Shown piece after piece: positions 27,060 through 35,959 of a stretch of 47,631 nt of DNA. A program made the translations under genes and the position numbers. Below the pieces are notes generated by a model. It had not been told where the DNA came from. It was given only the letters and a program-made list of their open reading frames with translations, and searched no databases. How positions within the stretch are numbered: position 1 is the first letter of the stretch; each line of letters begins with the position of its first letter. The stretch is taken from positions 1 to 47,631 of the forward strand of contig JALVPF010000093.1 of assembly GCA_027031935.1 (NCBI GenBank). Direction: 5' to 3'. The DNA is from Myxococcales bacterium. Lineage in GTDB: Bacteria > Myxococcota > B64-G9.

Positions 27060-29234
27060 ATGGACACTCCTGAACAAAAAGGATCCAAGCTTCTGCCCGC
27101 AAATGCGTATACCAAGCTGGCGCCAGGAGAAGAATATCAACCCATAGTCCCTGCCTCGGATACTCGCGCTGAGGTCACTCCATGGTCCATTGGCCTTGGA
27201 ATCGTGATGGTGATGATTTTCACTGCAGCATGCGTGTACATAGCCCTCAGGGCTGGAAATGGCATCGAGGCATCCATCCCCATAGCCATTCTGGCCATCT
27301 TTTTCGGCATGATGAAAAAGACCAAGAGTACCATCCTTGAAAACGTGATGGTCCAGAGCGTGGGCCAGGCATCGGGAGTGGTGGCGGCAGGGGCCACCTT
27401 TGTAATACCTGCCTTGTACATAAACCGTCTGGACGTGGCCTGGTGGCAGATTTTTCTTGCCTGTACCATTGGGGGCATCCTGGGTGTCGTGCTCATCATT
27501 CCACTGAGAAAATACTTCGTCAAAGAACTCCATGGCGAGCTGCCATTCCCGGAAGCTACGGCAATAAACGAGGTCCTGGTAACCGGAGAGAGTTCAGCCG
27601 GCGGTGCAGGAAAAATTCTCATCATGGCCTTTTTGCTTGGTGCCGGATACGACTTTTTGGCAGAAGCCTTCCACCTGTGGAACCCGGCCATCTCCACAAA
27701 TGACATCCTTGGATCAGTGGGTCAGTCCATGGAGAGCATACGCATGGAGATACAAATAGCAGGCCTGGCTGCCCTGTTCGGTCTCGGTTATATTATCGGG
27801 ATAAAATACGCTTCGATCATAGCCTCTGGTTCGGTGCTCGCCATGCTCGTGATGGTGCCCATGGTTTACCTGTTTGGAAAAGACGCGGGCTCCTTTTCTT
27901 ATGCAGGTGGTGTTTTCGATATCGGCACCATGAGTTCCGGGAAAATCTTCGCGAGCTTCGTAAAACCCATTGGAATCGGTGCCATAGCCATAAGCGGACT
28001 CATAGGAATCATCCGCATGGGAGACATAGTGCTCGGCTCCGTGACCCTTGGATTCAAGGGTCTTTCGGGAAAGGGGAAGAAGAAGGAATCCGAGCGCACC
28101 CAGCTGGACATGGCCCCAAGAAACGTGTTGCTCATCCAGATCGTATCCACCCTGGCCATGGGTATACTGTTTTACATAGTAGCCTCGACGACATCGGTGG
28201 GAGGCGAGTCATACAGCGCCTCTGACAGCCTGATGTATGCGGTTGTGGGCATGGTCGCCGGCTTCCTGCTGTCTTTTCTGTTTACGCCGGTTGCCGCCCA
28301 GGCCATCGCCATCGTGGGAGTCAATCCAGTCTCTGGCATGACCCTCATAACAGTCGTGCTTGCCATAGGCTCCATGATCCTCTTCGGCCTGACGGGTAAG
28401 GCCGGCATGATAATCGCACTTGTGGTGGGGACCGCCGTATGTACCGCCCTGTCCACCTCTGGAGCTTTGATCTCCGATTTCAAGGTGGGATATTGGATAG
28501 GATCCACTCCACGGGCACAGCAACGATGGAAATTTTTGGGAATAGTCGTTGCCGCATTGGTAGTGGCATTCGTCATTCCCCTGATGGACCAGGCTTTTCA
28601 TTTCGTAATCCAGGACCCCACCACACAACAATTCATCTCCAACGAATCGGTACTTCCGGCCCCACAGGCAAACATGTTGGCAGCAGTATCAAAGGGACTC
28701 ATGGAAGACCCATCCCTGCAGCCATGGCTTTTGTACGGCCTGGGAGGCATCGTGGCAATCATGTTGTACATGGCAGGGGTGCCCATGTTGGCCTTTGCAC
28801 TGGGCATGTACCTGCCCATCTCCATCAACATGGCCGTGTTGCTCGGAGCAGCCACAGCGTGGATCATCTCCAGGACGGGAAAAAGCGACGAGGTAAAAAA
28901 AGCCAGGGCAGAACAAGGCACACTCATCGCATCTGGAATGATGGCAGGAGCTGCCATTTTCGGAATACTCACTGCCGTGATGCGCTTGCCTGACATGGGC
29001 GCGCTCATACAGTACATCAGCGTTGGGGTAAAATTCGAGGTGGTCGATGGGCTATTGAAGGAGACCGCCAGCGAATGGTTCAAAGGCAGCACAGGTCAAC
29101 TTGTAAGCCTGGGCATGCTCGTGATCTTGGCACTGGCCTGTTATGCCTTGGCGCGACTGGGTGCAAACTGGCAGTTGAAAAAAAATCCGTTACCGCCAAA
29201 GCAGGACGAAGCACAAACAGATTCTCAAGAGTAG
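27060..29234 (+). CDS. OPT-family oligopeptide transporter
   Basis: Polytopic membrane protein of ~724 aa with an OPT-like N-terminus (LPANAYTKLAPGEEYQPIVP...EVTPWSIGLGIVMVMIF) and many TM helices. The start is placed at the ATG at 27060, which is preceded by AAGGAG at 27049..27054. The ATG at 27033 and the track start at 26865 are alternatives. Confidence 0.8.
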   Translation: MDTPEQKGSKLLPANAYTKLAPGEEYQPIVPASDTRAEVTPWSIGLGIVMVMIFTAACVYIALRAGNGIEASIPIAILAIFFGMMKKTKSTILENVMVQSVGQASGVVAAGATFVIPALYINRLDVAWWQIFLACTIGGILGVVLIIPLRKYFVKELHGELPFPEATAINEVLVTGESSAGGAGKILIMAFLLGAGYDFLAEAFHLWNPAISTNDILGSVGQSMESIRMEIQIAGLAALFGLGYIIGIKYASIIASGSVLAMLVMVPMVYLFGKDAGSFSYAGGVFDIGTMSSGKIFASFVKPIGIGAIAISGLIGIIRMGDIVLGSVTLGFKGLSGKGKKKESERTQLDMAPRNVLLIQIVSTLAMGILFYIVASTTSVGGESYSASDSLMYAVVGMVAGFLLSFLFTPVAAQAIAIVGVNPVSGMTLITVVLAIGSMILFGLTGKAGMIIALVVGTAVCTALSTSGALISDFKVGYWIGSTPRAQQRWKFLGIVVAALVVAFVIPLMDQAFHFVIQDPTTQQFISNESVLPAPQANMLAAVSKGLMEDPSLQPWLLYGLGGIVAIMLYMAGVPMLAFALGMYLPISINMAVLLGAATAWIISRTGKSDEVKKARAEQGTLIASGMMAGAAIFGILTAVMRLPDMGALIQYISVGVKFEVVDGLLKETASEWFKGSTGQLVSLGMLVILALACYALARLGANWQLKKNPLPPKQDEAQTDSQE

Positions 29235-29252
29235 CAAGCCTGGGAACATACA

Positions 29253-30491
29253 GTGAGCATTCTTACACTGAATTGCGGATCGTCTTCCGTCAAATACTCT
29301 CTTTTCTCTCCGGCCTCAAAAGCTTTTGTGTGTCGCGGCATAGTGGAGAGAGTGGGTACAGAAAAAAGCGTCTTGACCCACGAGTACCAGGGACGCAAGG
29401 TGTCGAGGGAAAAAGCCTTATCGGATCACAGCGCAGCGGTGGAGATGGTCCTAGATATACTAACCGAGGGCAGTCAGGCACCAATATCCGACAAGTTGTC
29501 TATAAAAGGAGTGGGCCACAGGGTTGTACATGGTGGAGAGAGCTTTTCTCGCTCGGCCCTCGTCACTCCAGAGCTTATCGGTGCAGTGGAAAAAGTCTCC
29601 GACCTCGCCCCCTTGCACAACCCCCCAAACCTGGCAGGGATCAGGGCCGCCATGGAACTTTTGCCCCATGCTCCCCACGTCGCGGTTTTCGACACGGCTT
29701 TTCACCAGTCCATGCCGCCAGAAGCCTTCACCTATGCGCTTCCCCGTCAATGGTATGAAAAGTACGGTATCAGAAAATACGGATTTCACGGTACAAGTCA
29801 TCTATACGTTTCCCACAGGGCAGCTTCCTTGCTGGGCAGACCATTGTCACAGCTCAAGCTCATCACCTTGCACATAGGAAACGGCGCTTCTGCATGTGCG
29901 GTGCTGGAGGGCAAATCAATAGACACATCCATGGGCTTTACTCCCCTGGAGGGCCTGGTCATGGGCACCAGGTGCGGATGGATAGATCCGGCAATCCCGC
30001 TTTGGCTCATGGGCAAGGAGGGGATAAAACCAGAGCACATGGATCGACAACTGAACAAGCACAGCGGCGTGTTGGGAATTACCGAAAAATTCACCGACAG
30101 GCGGGACATACTCAAGGCTGCAGATGATGGCGACAACCTATGCCAACTGGCCCTGGAAATTGAGACTCGCACCATCAAGAAAGTCATAGGCAGTTACTCC
30201 GCGCTCATGGGTGGTCTGGACTGCGTGGTGTTCACGGCAGGGGTTGGAGAAAACGCTCCGGCCATAAGGGCTGCGGCATTACAAGGCCTGGAATTTTTGG
30301 GTATCGAACTGGATGACGACAAGAACACACAAGCGGTGGGCGGCAAAGTGGAGATGATCATTACAAAACGCGAAAGCCCGGTCACCGTGGCCGTTATCCC
30401 CACAAACGAAGAGCTGGTCATAGCAGAAGACACCCTGGCCATCATAGAAAAGAAATTTGACCATGCAGATTTCTCATATTCCTTCTCCTGA
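29253..30491 (+). CDS. ackA: Acetate kinase
   Basis: ILTLNCGSSSVKYSLF, GHRVVHGGE, APLHNPPN, FHGTSH, HIGNGASACA and TMGFTPLEGLVMGTRCG are classic AckA motifs. GTG start. Confidence 0.95.
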   Translation: MSILTLNCGSSSVKYSLFSPASKAFVCRGIVERVGTEKSVLTHEYQGRKVSREKALSDHSAAVEMVLDILTEGSQAPISDKLSIKGVGHRVVHGGESFSRSALVTPELIGAVEKVSDLAPLHNPPNLAGIRAAMELLPHAPHVAVFDTAFHQSMPPEAFTYALPRQWYEKYGIRKYGFHGTSHLYVSHRAASLLGRPLSQLKLITLHIGNGASACAVLEGKSIDTSMGFTPLEGLVMGTRCGWIDPAIPLWLMGKEGIKPEHMDRQLNKHSGVLGITEKFTDRRDILKAADDGDNLCQLALEIETRTIKKVIGSYSALMGGLDCVVFTAGVGENAPAIRAAALQGLEFLGIELDDDKNTQAVGGKVEMIITKRESPVTVAVIPTNEELVIAEDTLAIIEKKFDHADFSYSFS

Positions 30492-30564
30492 ATCATTCCC
30501 CATGCAGTAAAACCTCTTCGGTATGGCTATCGCCTTGAACAGGAAATATGACCCGGAAAAACGA

Positions 30565-30930
30565 TCAGGGGGCCATTCCGCACCTTATGGATACCTTTAT
30601 CCTCGATTTTTCACATCTCTGCCTGGAGTCTTCGCATGTCTGTCTCATGGATTTTTCCTGAGGGTGTCGATCAGAAATCAGGCAGATCCTTCGGCTCAAC
30701 TCACAGATGGTTTTCAACAGATCCTGCGCCTTATGGCAATCAGGCTTAGCTGAAAGCCTGAGATCGTCCACCAGGTGTTCTTGGTCTGTTTCCAGTTTCT
30801 GAGCCAACTGCTCCATCTGCTTTTCATCACGACCAAGATCCGGCCCGGTTCCGCCGGAAGAAGAAAAACCTGCCGCACATCCGGAAAGCATGGGCAGCAG
30901 GGCTATTAGGAATATGGATCGAACGAACAT
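30565..30930 (-). CDS. Small Cys-containing lipoprotein, unknown function (last gene of the ECF sigma operon)
   Basis: Start is taken at MFVRSIFLIALLPMLSGCAAG (lipobox), 4 nt after the upstream stop. The mature part is charged and helical with 5 Cys. Confidence 0.55.
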   Translation of the reverse strand: MFVRSIFLIALLPMLSGCAAGFSSSGGTGPDLGRDEKQMEQLAQKLETDQEHLVDDLRLSAKPDCHKAQDLLKTICELSRRICLISDRHPQEKSMRQTCEDSRQRCEKSRIKVSIRCGMAP

Positions 30931-30934
30931 GGTG

Positions 30935-31432
30935 TCACTTCCCCTCGCCAAGAAGATCATCCAAAAGCCTTTCGTTGATTTGCAACGCCTTGTTGAACGA
31001 TTTTATGGCTCCTGCGTCATCACCGCTCTTTTCAAGAGCATGGCCCTTTGCAATATACAGGTTTGCACAAAAAACATCATCATGGCATCCCAAAGACAGT
31101 CCACGCTTCACCCACCTCAAGGCTACGTCCCACTGCGACTGTCGAATCTCAACGCCGGCCAATCGAAAATACACATCCTGCAACACCGAACTCAATACTC
31201 CATGGTCCACACCATCGGGGGCCTTGGTGTTTAGCAGCTTCTTGAGAGAGGTCCTCGCTTTATCCAGCTCTCCCCTGTCCAGATCCACGTCCACCGAACG
31301 ATGTACCCTCTGCACCTGCTCAAGCCACTTGACCACAGAGCCGTCCCCTGCAGGGGAGTCACCAGGACCAGGACAAGCCGACAAGAAGATCATACAGATA
31401 AATACAAGCACAAGCTGAACACGTTTACCCAT
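30935..31432 (-). CDS. TPR-like lipoprotein, unknown function
   Basis: Start at MGKRVQLVLVFICMIFLSACPG (lipobox), overlapping the upstream stop by 1 nt (TGATG). TPR-like helices include FCANLYIAKGHALEKSGDDAGAIKSFNKALQIN. Confidence 0.6.
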   Translation of the reverse strand: MGKRVQLVLVFICMIFLSACPGPGDSPAGDGSVVKWLEQVQRVHRSVDVDLDRGELDKARTSLKKLLNTKAPDGVDHGVLSSVLQDVYFRLAGVEIRQSQWDVALRWVKRGLSLGCHDDVFCANLYIAKGHALEKSGDDAGAIKSFNKALQINERLLDDLLGEGK

Positions 31433-31911
31433 CAGCCGCCCCCCGACAAGGAACATCCAAGAGCTGCGAACATTTTTAACCTGTACCCACGCATGTTTTC
31501 CTGCAGTTCACCCATGTCATGTCCCGCTGCAGCCTTGCCCTGAGCATGCAGCAGCACAGAACCAGGGGCCGGCATCTTCACGACAGGACCATGGCCTCCA
31601 GACAGAAGCAGCAGGAGCAGGACCATGGCCACAGCTGCAGCGCCAAGGGGGATAAGGCCCCTCCAGTGCCATCCGAACACACTCCCGGATGACCTTTTTT
31701 GTTCCAGGCCAGCCATCACCCTGTTGAACACAGCGTCGGCTCGATCGGTCTTCAGCTCCGTGTCTCCAAGCTTCAACAAGCGCACGGCGGCCATTTCTTC
31801 CGGCAAGGCATCATCTCCAGACGATTGCCCGTCCAGTGCAGCAGCCAGTGATTCGGCCTGTTGCTGTTCGGGTTCTTGTCCCTCAGAGTCGTGTTCTTCA
31901 TCATGGCTCAT
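31432..31911 (-). CDS. Putative anti-sigma factor (single-pass membrane protein downstream of the ECF sigma)
   Basis: Called on position (11-nt overlap with the sigma gene) and topology: an acidic cytoplasmic N-terminus, then one TM helix LIPLGAAAVAMVLLLLLL. There is no zinc-binding HxxxCxxC motif, so the functional call is an inference. Confidence 0.45.
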   Translation of the reverse strand: MSHDEEHDSEGQEPEQQQAESLAAALDGQSSGDDALPEEMAAVRLLKLGDTELKTDRADAVFNRVMAGLEQKRSSGSVFGWHWRGLIPLGAAAVAMVLLLLLLSGGHGPVVKMPAPGSVLLHAQGKAAAGHDMGELQENMRGYRLKMFAALGCSLSGGG

Positions 31912-32497
31912 GGATCCACTCCTTTCGAAACGCTCTCAAACTCCTAAGCAACAACACGTCGAAAGTGCCTATCTTCAGTTCCAGGCGCCTCGCGCATTCC
32001 TTTCTGTCCAGTCCCTGGATAAACCTGAGTTCCAGGGCTTTTGCATACCTGGGTCTAATGAGTTTCAAAACACGCCTTATCCTCTTTCTGAGACCTTCTG
32101 AATCCAACAGCCGGATTATCTCCGTGTCCTGTTGGTCCTGTTTGTCCAACAAGGGCCTCAGCAGTCTCTCCATTTCTCTGGACGCCTTTTCAGCCCTGGC
32201 GTTTTTCCTGTATACGTCCGTGAGCTTGTTTGATGCTATGCGTGCAAGCCAAAAAAACATGCTTAGCCCTCGGGATTCGAACTTGTCCAACATGCCAAAG
32301 GCAGTGACAAAGGTGTCAGCCAAAACGTCCTCGGCCATGGATTCGTCCAAGACCTTGGGCATCAGCACCTGTCCGTATATTACAGGCGCAAAAACAGCAT
32401 AGAGTTCGGCCATGGCAGCGCGCTCTCCTCGTCTTGCCTTTTTCAACAGACGACGCTCTTTTTTTAACCAATGTGGCTTTTGAAAATCCCGATCCAA
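31901..32497 (-). CDS. ECF-type RNA polymerase sigma-70 family factor
   Basis: Region 2 (AMAELYAVFAPVIYGQVL...FFWLARIASNKLTDVYRK) and region 4 HTH (LRPRYAKALELRFIQGLDRKECARRLELKIGTFDVLLLRSLRAFRK). Confidence 0.85.
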   Translation of the reverse strand: MDRDFQKPHWLKKERRLLKKARRGERAAMAELYAVFAPVIYGQVLMPKVLDESMAEDVLADTFVTAFGMLDKFESRGLSMFFWLARIASNKLTDVYRKNARAEKASREMERLLRPLLDKQDQQDTEIIRLLDSEGLRKRIRRVLKLIRPRYAKALELRFIQGLDRKECARRLELKIGTFDVLLLRSLRAFRKEWIHEP

Positions 32498-32690
32498 GGC
32501 AGACGTCTTCCTCCCTGGGCAAAGGACTATAGCAGCCTTGGCATCTCATGGTCACCTTCCTTTTGTGATCAAACGCACACCTCCCAGCTTGGCTTACAGA
32601 ATAATGCTTACAAAAAAGTGTAAGCAAAAGCCCCGCAGGCGCGTTTGTCCAAGTGAATGTACACAAACTCAAAAAAGGAGGACTATTCGA

Positions 32691-33506
32691 ATGAACACAT
32701 CGAGCCTTCGGGCAAGGTCGATCTTTGGACTGATTTGTTTTCTGGCTTTAGCATCCGGTTGTGCTGCGACCAGGGGGAGGATTTCGCCACCAAGGCTCAA
32801 GGCCTTGCCGCTGGTCACAGCCCCTGTAAAAACCGATCATTTCAAAAGGGACAAGTCGGGCGGCATATCCGAACAGGCCCTGCACAGATTGCTCTTGACA
32901 CCTGTATTTCTTGAACAAGATGCCCGCATAGGGGTCGTACAGGTGTCAAACGATTACAAACCCGATGAAGATCTGCCCATGGTCACCGTTCCCCATGTTC
33001 TTGCCAATGCCATGGAAAGCTCGGGCCTTTTCCAGGTCGCCACAGAGGTCTCCACCGACTGGCCCATCGATTCAGGTGTTGCCGGACTCAGGGAACTCGG
33101 TGCCAGGTACAGGACAGAATACCTGCTTCTCTACCGCCACAGGTTCATAGACAGGACATATACAAATTCACTGGGATGGCTCTACCTCACCGTCATCGGA
33201 ATTTTCACCGTACCGGCAGAGACCATGGAATCAGCCGGGGTCCTGGAGGCCACCTTGTTCGATGTCAAGACAGGTACCATCATGTTTACCGTCTTTGAGC
33301 GGGTCAGGGATCAACGAGATGAAAATATCTGGAACAATGATCGAAAACGTAGAGAACTCAAATTGAGTTTGATGAAAAAAGCGGCAAAGGGCCTGGCTGA
33401 ACAAACATTGACAAAGCTCAGAATACTCGCATCATCCCGTCCCGGGAAAAAAGAGCACGAAGACTCCATGGCATCCATGTACAGACGACCTCCGCTCAGT
33501 CCGTAA
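32691..33506 (+). CDS. Lipoprotein of unknown function
   Basis: Start at the ATG at 32691 (MNTSSLRARSIFGLICFLALASGCAATRG, lipobox), with AAGGAGG at 32675..32681. The track's 32538 start adds an implausible basic extension. Confidence 0.7.
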   Translation: MNTSSLRARSIFGLICFLALASGCAATRGRISPPRLKALPLVTAPVKTDHFKRDKSGGISEQALHRLLLTPVFLEQDARIGVVQVSNDYKPDEDLPMVTVPHVLANAMESSGLFQVATEVSTDWPIDSGVAGLRELGARYRTEYLLLYRHRFIDRTYTNSLGWLYLTVIGIFTVPAETMESAGVLEATLFDVKTGTIMFTVFERVRDQRDENIWNNDRKRRELKLSLMKKAAKGLAEQTLTKLRILASSRPGKKEHEDSMASMYRRPPLSP

Positions 33507-34596
33507 CCCCCGATGGCCTGTCCTTGAGATGCACCCTTGCCAACAGGGGATTGTGGTCCGTGTTGGCAAACTCCAGGTCCTCTACGTGTACCTGGTCTAC
33601 AGAGATATCCGGTCCCACCAGGAGGGCATCGACGGTGGTGACGAAGGTCTTTGAAGGAGAATATGGTTCGCTCGTTGCCCTCAGACTGGGGATATTTTTA
33701 TCATAGGCCCAGGTCCAGCCCGGGGGAGTCCAGTCTTGCGGTACTGACTGCAACCAGAAAGGTCTCGCTGCCTGGCTGAAGCTTCGGGCATTCAAGCCAG
33801 GCGGAACATGGTTCCAGTCACCGCCCACTATGACGTGATGCCCCTGTGAATATAACTTCAGCATCAAGCGGCGCAGGAAATTCATCTGCTCCGTCCGAAG
33901 TCGGCCATCCTTGTCAAAAGCGCTGAGGTGCAGGTGCAAAATTACCCAGTCCTTACCATCCGGCGCAGCAAAACGAAGCTCGTGAACACAGCGTTTCAGG
34001 TGAAACACCCTAACGGGCCATGTATAAAACCCCGGGAGCTGAATCCTCGCGGCAGAAAGGGGCTTGAGCCGACTCAAGGTCAACAGACCGCTTTTCATTC
34101 TTCCAAGGGGCTGGCGCAGGGGATAGGGAATATATGCCACCTTGAAGTTCAAGGCTATCGAACTGAAATATTCAGGTAGAGCTTTTACAAGTGTCGCCCC
34201 TTCGTCCTGCCCGAAAGTGCGTTTGGAATCGAAATCCACCTCCTGCAAAAGCATCACGTCTCGCGAGTGTTCCCTGAGCCACTTGCTCATGGAGTCGATG
34301 TTGGATCTTACCTTCTCCAGGCTTGGTGGCAGGACCTGCTTTCCACCATCCATGAAAAAATCCGCACTGGCGTCGAGCCCACCGTAGCCCAGGTTCCAAC
34401 TGAGGATTGAAAGAGACCAGGGAGCATTTTGCTCAGAGCCGCTGTGTTCGCTTTGAGCACCGGAAACAGGAGGCATGACCGGTGTTGTCTGTCGTGATTC
34501 AGGCCTCCATTCCATGATGAGCAATACTACACCCACCAACACGACAAATGCCAACAACAGCAACGGGAGTTTGACCCATCTTCCAAAACGAACCAT
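33496..34596 (-). CDS. Membrane-anchored endonuclease/exonuclease/phosphatase (EEP) family protein
   Basis: N-terminal TM helix (LPLLLLAFVVLVGVVLLI). EEP motifs: LSILSWNLGYGG, VMLLQEVD, VGGDWNH, NTDHNPLLARVHL. Its 3' end overlaps the convergent lipoprotein gene by 11 nt. Confidence 0.85.
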   Translation of the reverse strand: MVRFGRWVKLPLLLLAFVVLVGVVLLIMEWRPESRQTTPVMPPVSGAQSEHSGSEQNAPWSLSILSWNLGYGGLDASADFFMDGGKQVLPPSLEKVRSNIDSMSKWLREHSRDVMLLQEVDFDSKRTFGQDEGATLVKALPEYFSSIALNFKVAYIPYPLRQPLGRMKSGLLTLSRLKPLSAARIQLPGFYTWPVRVFHLKRCVHELRFAAPDGKDWVILHLHLSAFDKDGRLRTEQMNFLRRLMLKLYSQGHHVIVGGDWNHVPPGLNARSFSQAARPFWLQSVPQDWTPPGWTWAYDKNIPSLRATSEPYSPSKTFVTTVDALLVGPDISVDQVHVEDLEFANTDHNPLLARVHLKDRPSGVTD

Positions 34597-34669
34597 AATG
34601 TCTTTTTATAGGACACCATGGGAATTTTGGCTATCAATACCACGCACCATGGCTAGGAGGTTTTGGCAG

Positions 34670-35116
34670 ATGTCCGATGACAAACGGGAATCGGCGCGAC
34701 GTCCCATGTTCAAGGTCTGTCGGTACAACATCGAGGGAAGGGAGTATGCAGATCTCTCGACGAACATCTCCGAACGCGGCATCTTCATCAAGAACTACTA
34801 CCCGCCCCCTCTTGGCACCAAGGTGACCTTGTCGGTAACCTTGCCTGACGAATGGGGCAACCAGCCCATAAAGATCATTGGAAGGGTCGCATGGGTTGAC
34901 GAAGGAGACGATCCTCACAAGCGAGGCATGGGCATAGAATTCATCTCGGTACAGGCAGAGACGGTGCCCATCATCGAGTATTTTGTCAAAGAGGTCTACG
35001 AGCAAAACCAGCTGAAGCAAAAGAAACTCAGAACCAAGACCGACACGGGCGATGATTCCGCAGAGTCTTTTGAATATGATCTAGACTTGGACATCGAAGT
35101 GGAAGAACCCGAGTAA
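34670..35116 (+). CDS. Single-domain PilZ protein (canonical c-di-GMP-binding motifs)
   Basis: Start at the ATG at 34670, preceded by TAGGAGG at 34654..34660. RESAR (RxxxR) and DLSTNISERG ((D/N)xSxxG) are both present. The C-terminal tail is acidic. Confidence 0.8.
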   Translation: MSDDKRESARRPMFKVCRYNIEGREYADLSTNISERGIFIKNYYPPPLGTKVTLSVTLPDEWGNQPIKIIGRVAWVDEGDDPHKRGMGIEFISVQAETVPIIEYFVKEVYEQNQLKQKKLRTKTDTGDDSAESFEYDLDLDIEVEEPE

Positions 35117-35134
35117 AGCAGGAAGCCGACCCAC

Positions 35135-35755
35135 TTGAGCACATACAATCGCAAAGACTCCTATTACAAGAAAGCGAAGGCCGCTGGCTATCGCTCCAGG
35201 GCGGCATACAAGCTCCTGGAACTCACCAAGAGAGAAAAACTCTTCGCCAAGCAAATGAAAGTGCTGGACCTGGGGTGTGCTCCCGGTGGTTGGCTGCAGG
35301 TAGCAGCCAAACTCGTCGGCCCAAAAGGACTGGTTGTGGGAATAGACAGGCTCGAGGTGCAGGCTCTCGATCTTGCCAACGTGAAGGTCATACAGGGAGA
35401 CATTACAGACAGCAACACCAGGGAAAGCTTGACGAAAGCTCTCGGAGGCAAGGCCGGGCTGGTGCTTTCGGACATGGCTCCTGACACCAGTGGAGTCGGC
35501 TTTGCCGACCATCATCAATCCGTACAGCTAGTACGAATGGCCGTTCAAATTGGTGCACAGACCCTTGTACCTGGAGGAAAATTCTGCGCCAAGGTTTTCG
35601 AAGGAGCAGAACTCAATGAGCTGATTTCGGAGATAAAGAAAGACTTCAAGAAGGTTCGCAGGGTCAAGCCCAAGGCCACGAGGAAAGGCTCCAGAGAGCT
35701 GTACCTGATCTGCACGGGTTTCGGTCTGGCGCAACCAAATCTCCCACATTATTGA
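35135..35755 (+). CDS. rlmE: 23S rRNA (uridine-2'-O)-methyltransferase RlmE/FtsJ
   Basis: YYKKAKAAGYRSRAAYKLLEL, VLDLGCAPGGWLQVA, VLSDMAP and K.FEG are typical RlmE motifs. TTG start per the ORF track. The last ~6 codons lie inside repeat copy 1. Confidence 0.9.
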   Translation: MSTYNRKDSYYKKAKAAGYRSRAAYKLLELTKREKLFAKQMKVLDLGCAPGGWLQVAAKLVGPKGLVVGIDRLEVQALDLANVKVIQGDITDSNTRESLTKALGGKAGLVLSDMAPDTSGVGFADHHQSVQLVRMAVQIGAQTLVPGGKFCAKVFEGAELNELISEIKKDFKKVRRVKPKATRKGSRELYLICTGFGLAQPNLPHY

Positions 35756-35885
35756 ATCAGATTTCCCAAATCGCTTGTGAGGTCACGGAGATGCAAGGAA
35801 TCGTCCGCAGTCGTGGATTCACCACGTCGAGGACAGATTCCGAAGCATCGACACAGAGATCGCAAGCGAGGTGGGAAATCTTGGA
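35736..35885. repeat. Structured 150-nt repeat, copy 1 (direct repeat of 43811..43975)
   Basis: Aligned by eye to copy 2: 5 substitutions plus one 15-nt indel over ~150 nt. Terminal inverted segments AGATTTCCC..CGCTTG / CAAGCG..GGGAAATCT can close a long stem. It overlaps the rlmE stop codon. Confidence 0.85.
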
Positions 35886-35959
35886 CGCCAGCATCATCTT
35901 GACATTATAGTCTCCCTTGTTCGATTCTCTGCATGATACGCTGGAGGCATGGCTCAAAA

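Noticed and set aside
29075-29758. 227-aa + strand ORF bridging the OPT transporter end and ackA
   Set aside because: It is out of frame with two confidently identified genes. Its product is Arg/Gly/Ser-rich and nothing is recognisable in it.
31625-32402. + strand ORFs (158 and 188 aa) opposite the anti-sigma and ECF sigma genes
   Set aside because: They are antisense to genes with clear sigma-70 region 2/4 motifs, and their composition is low-complexity and Ser/Pro-rich.
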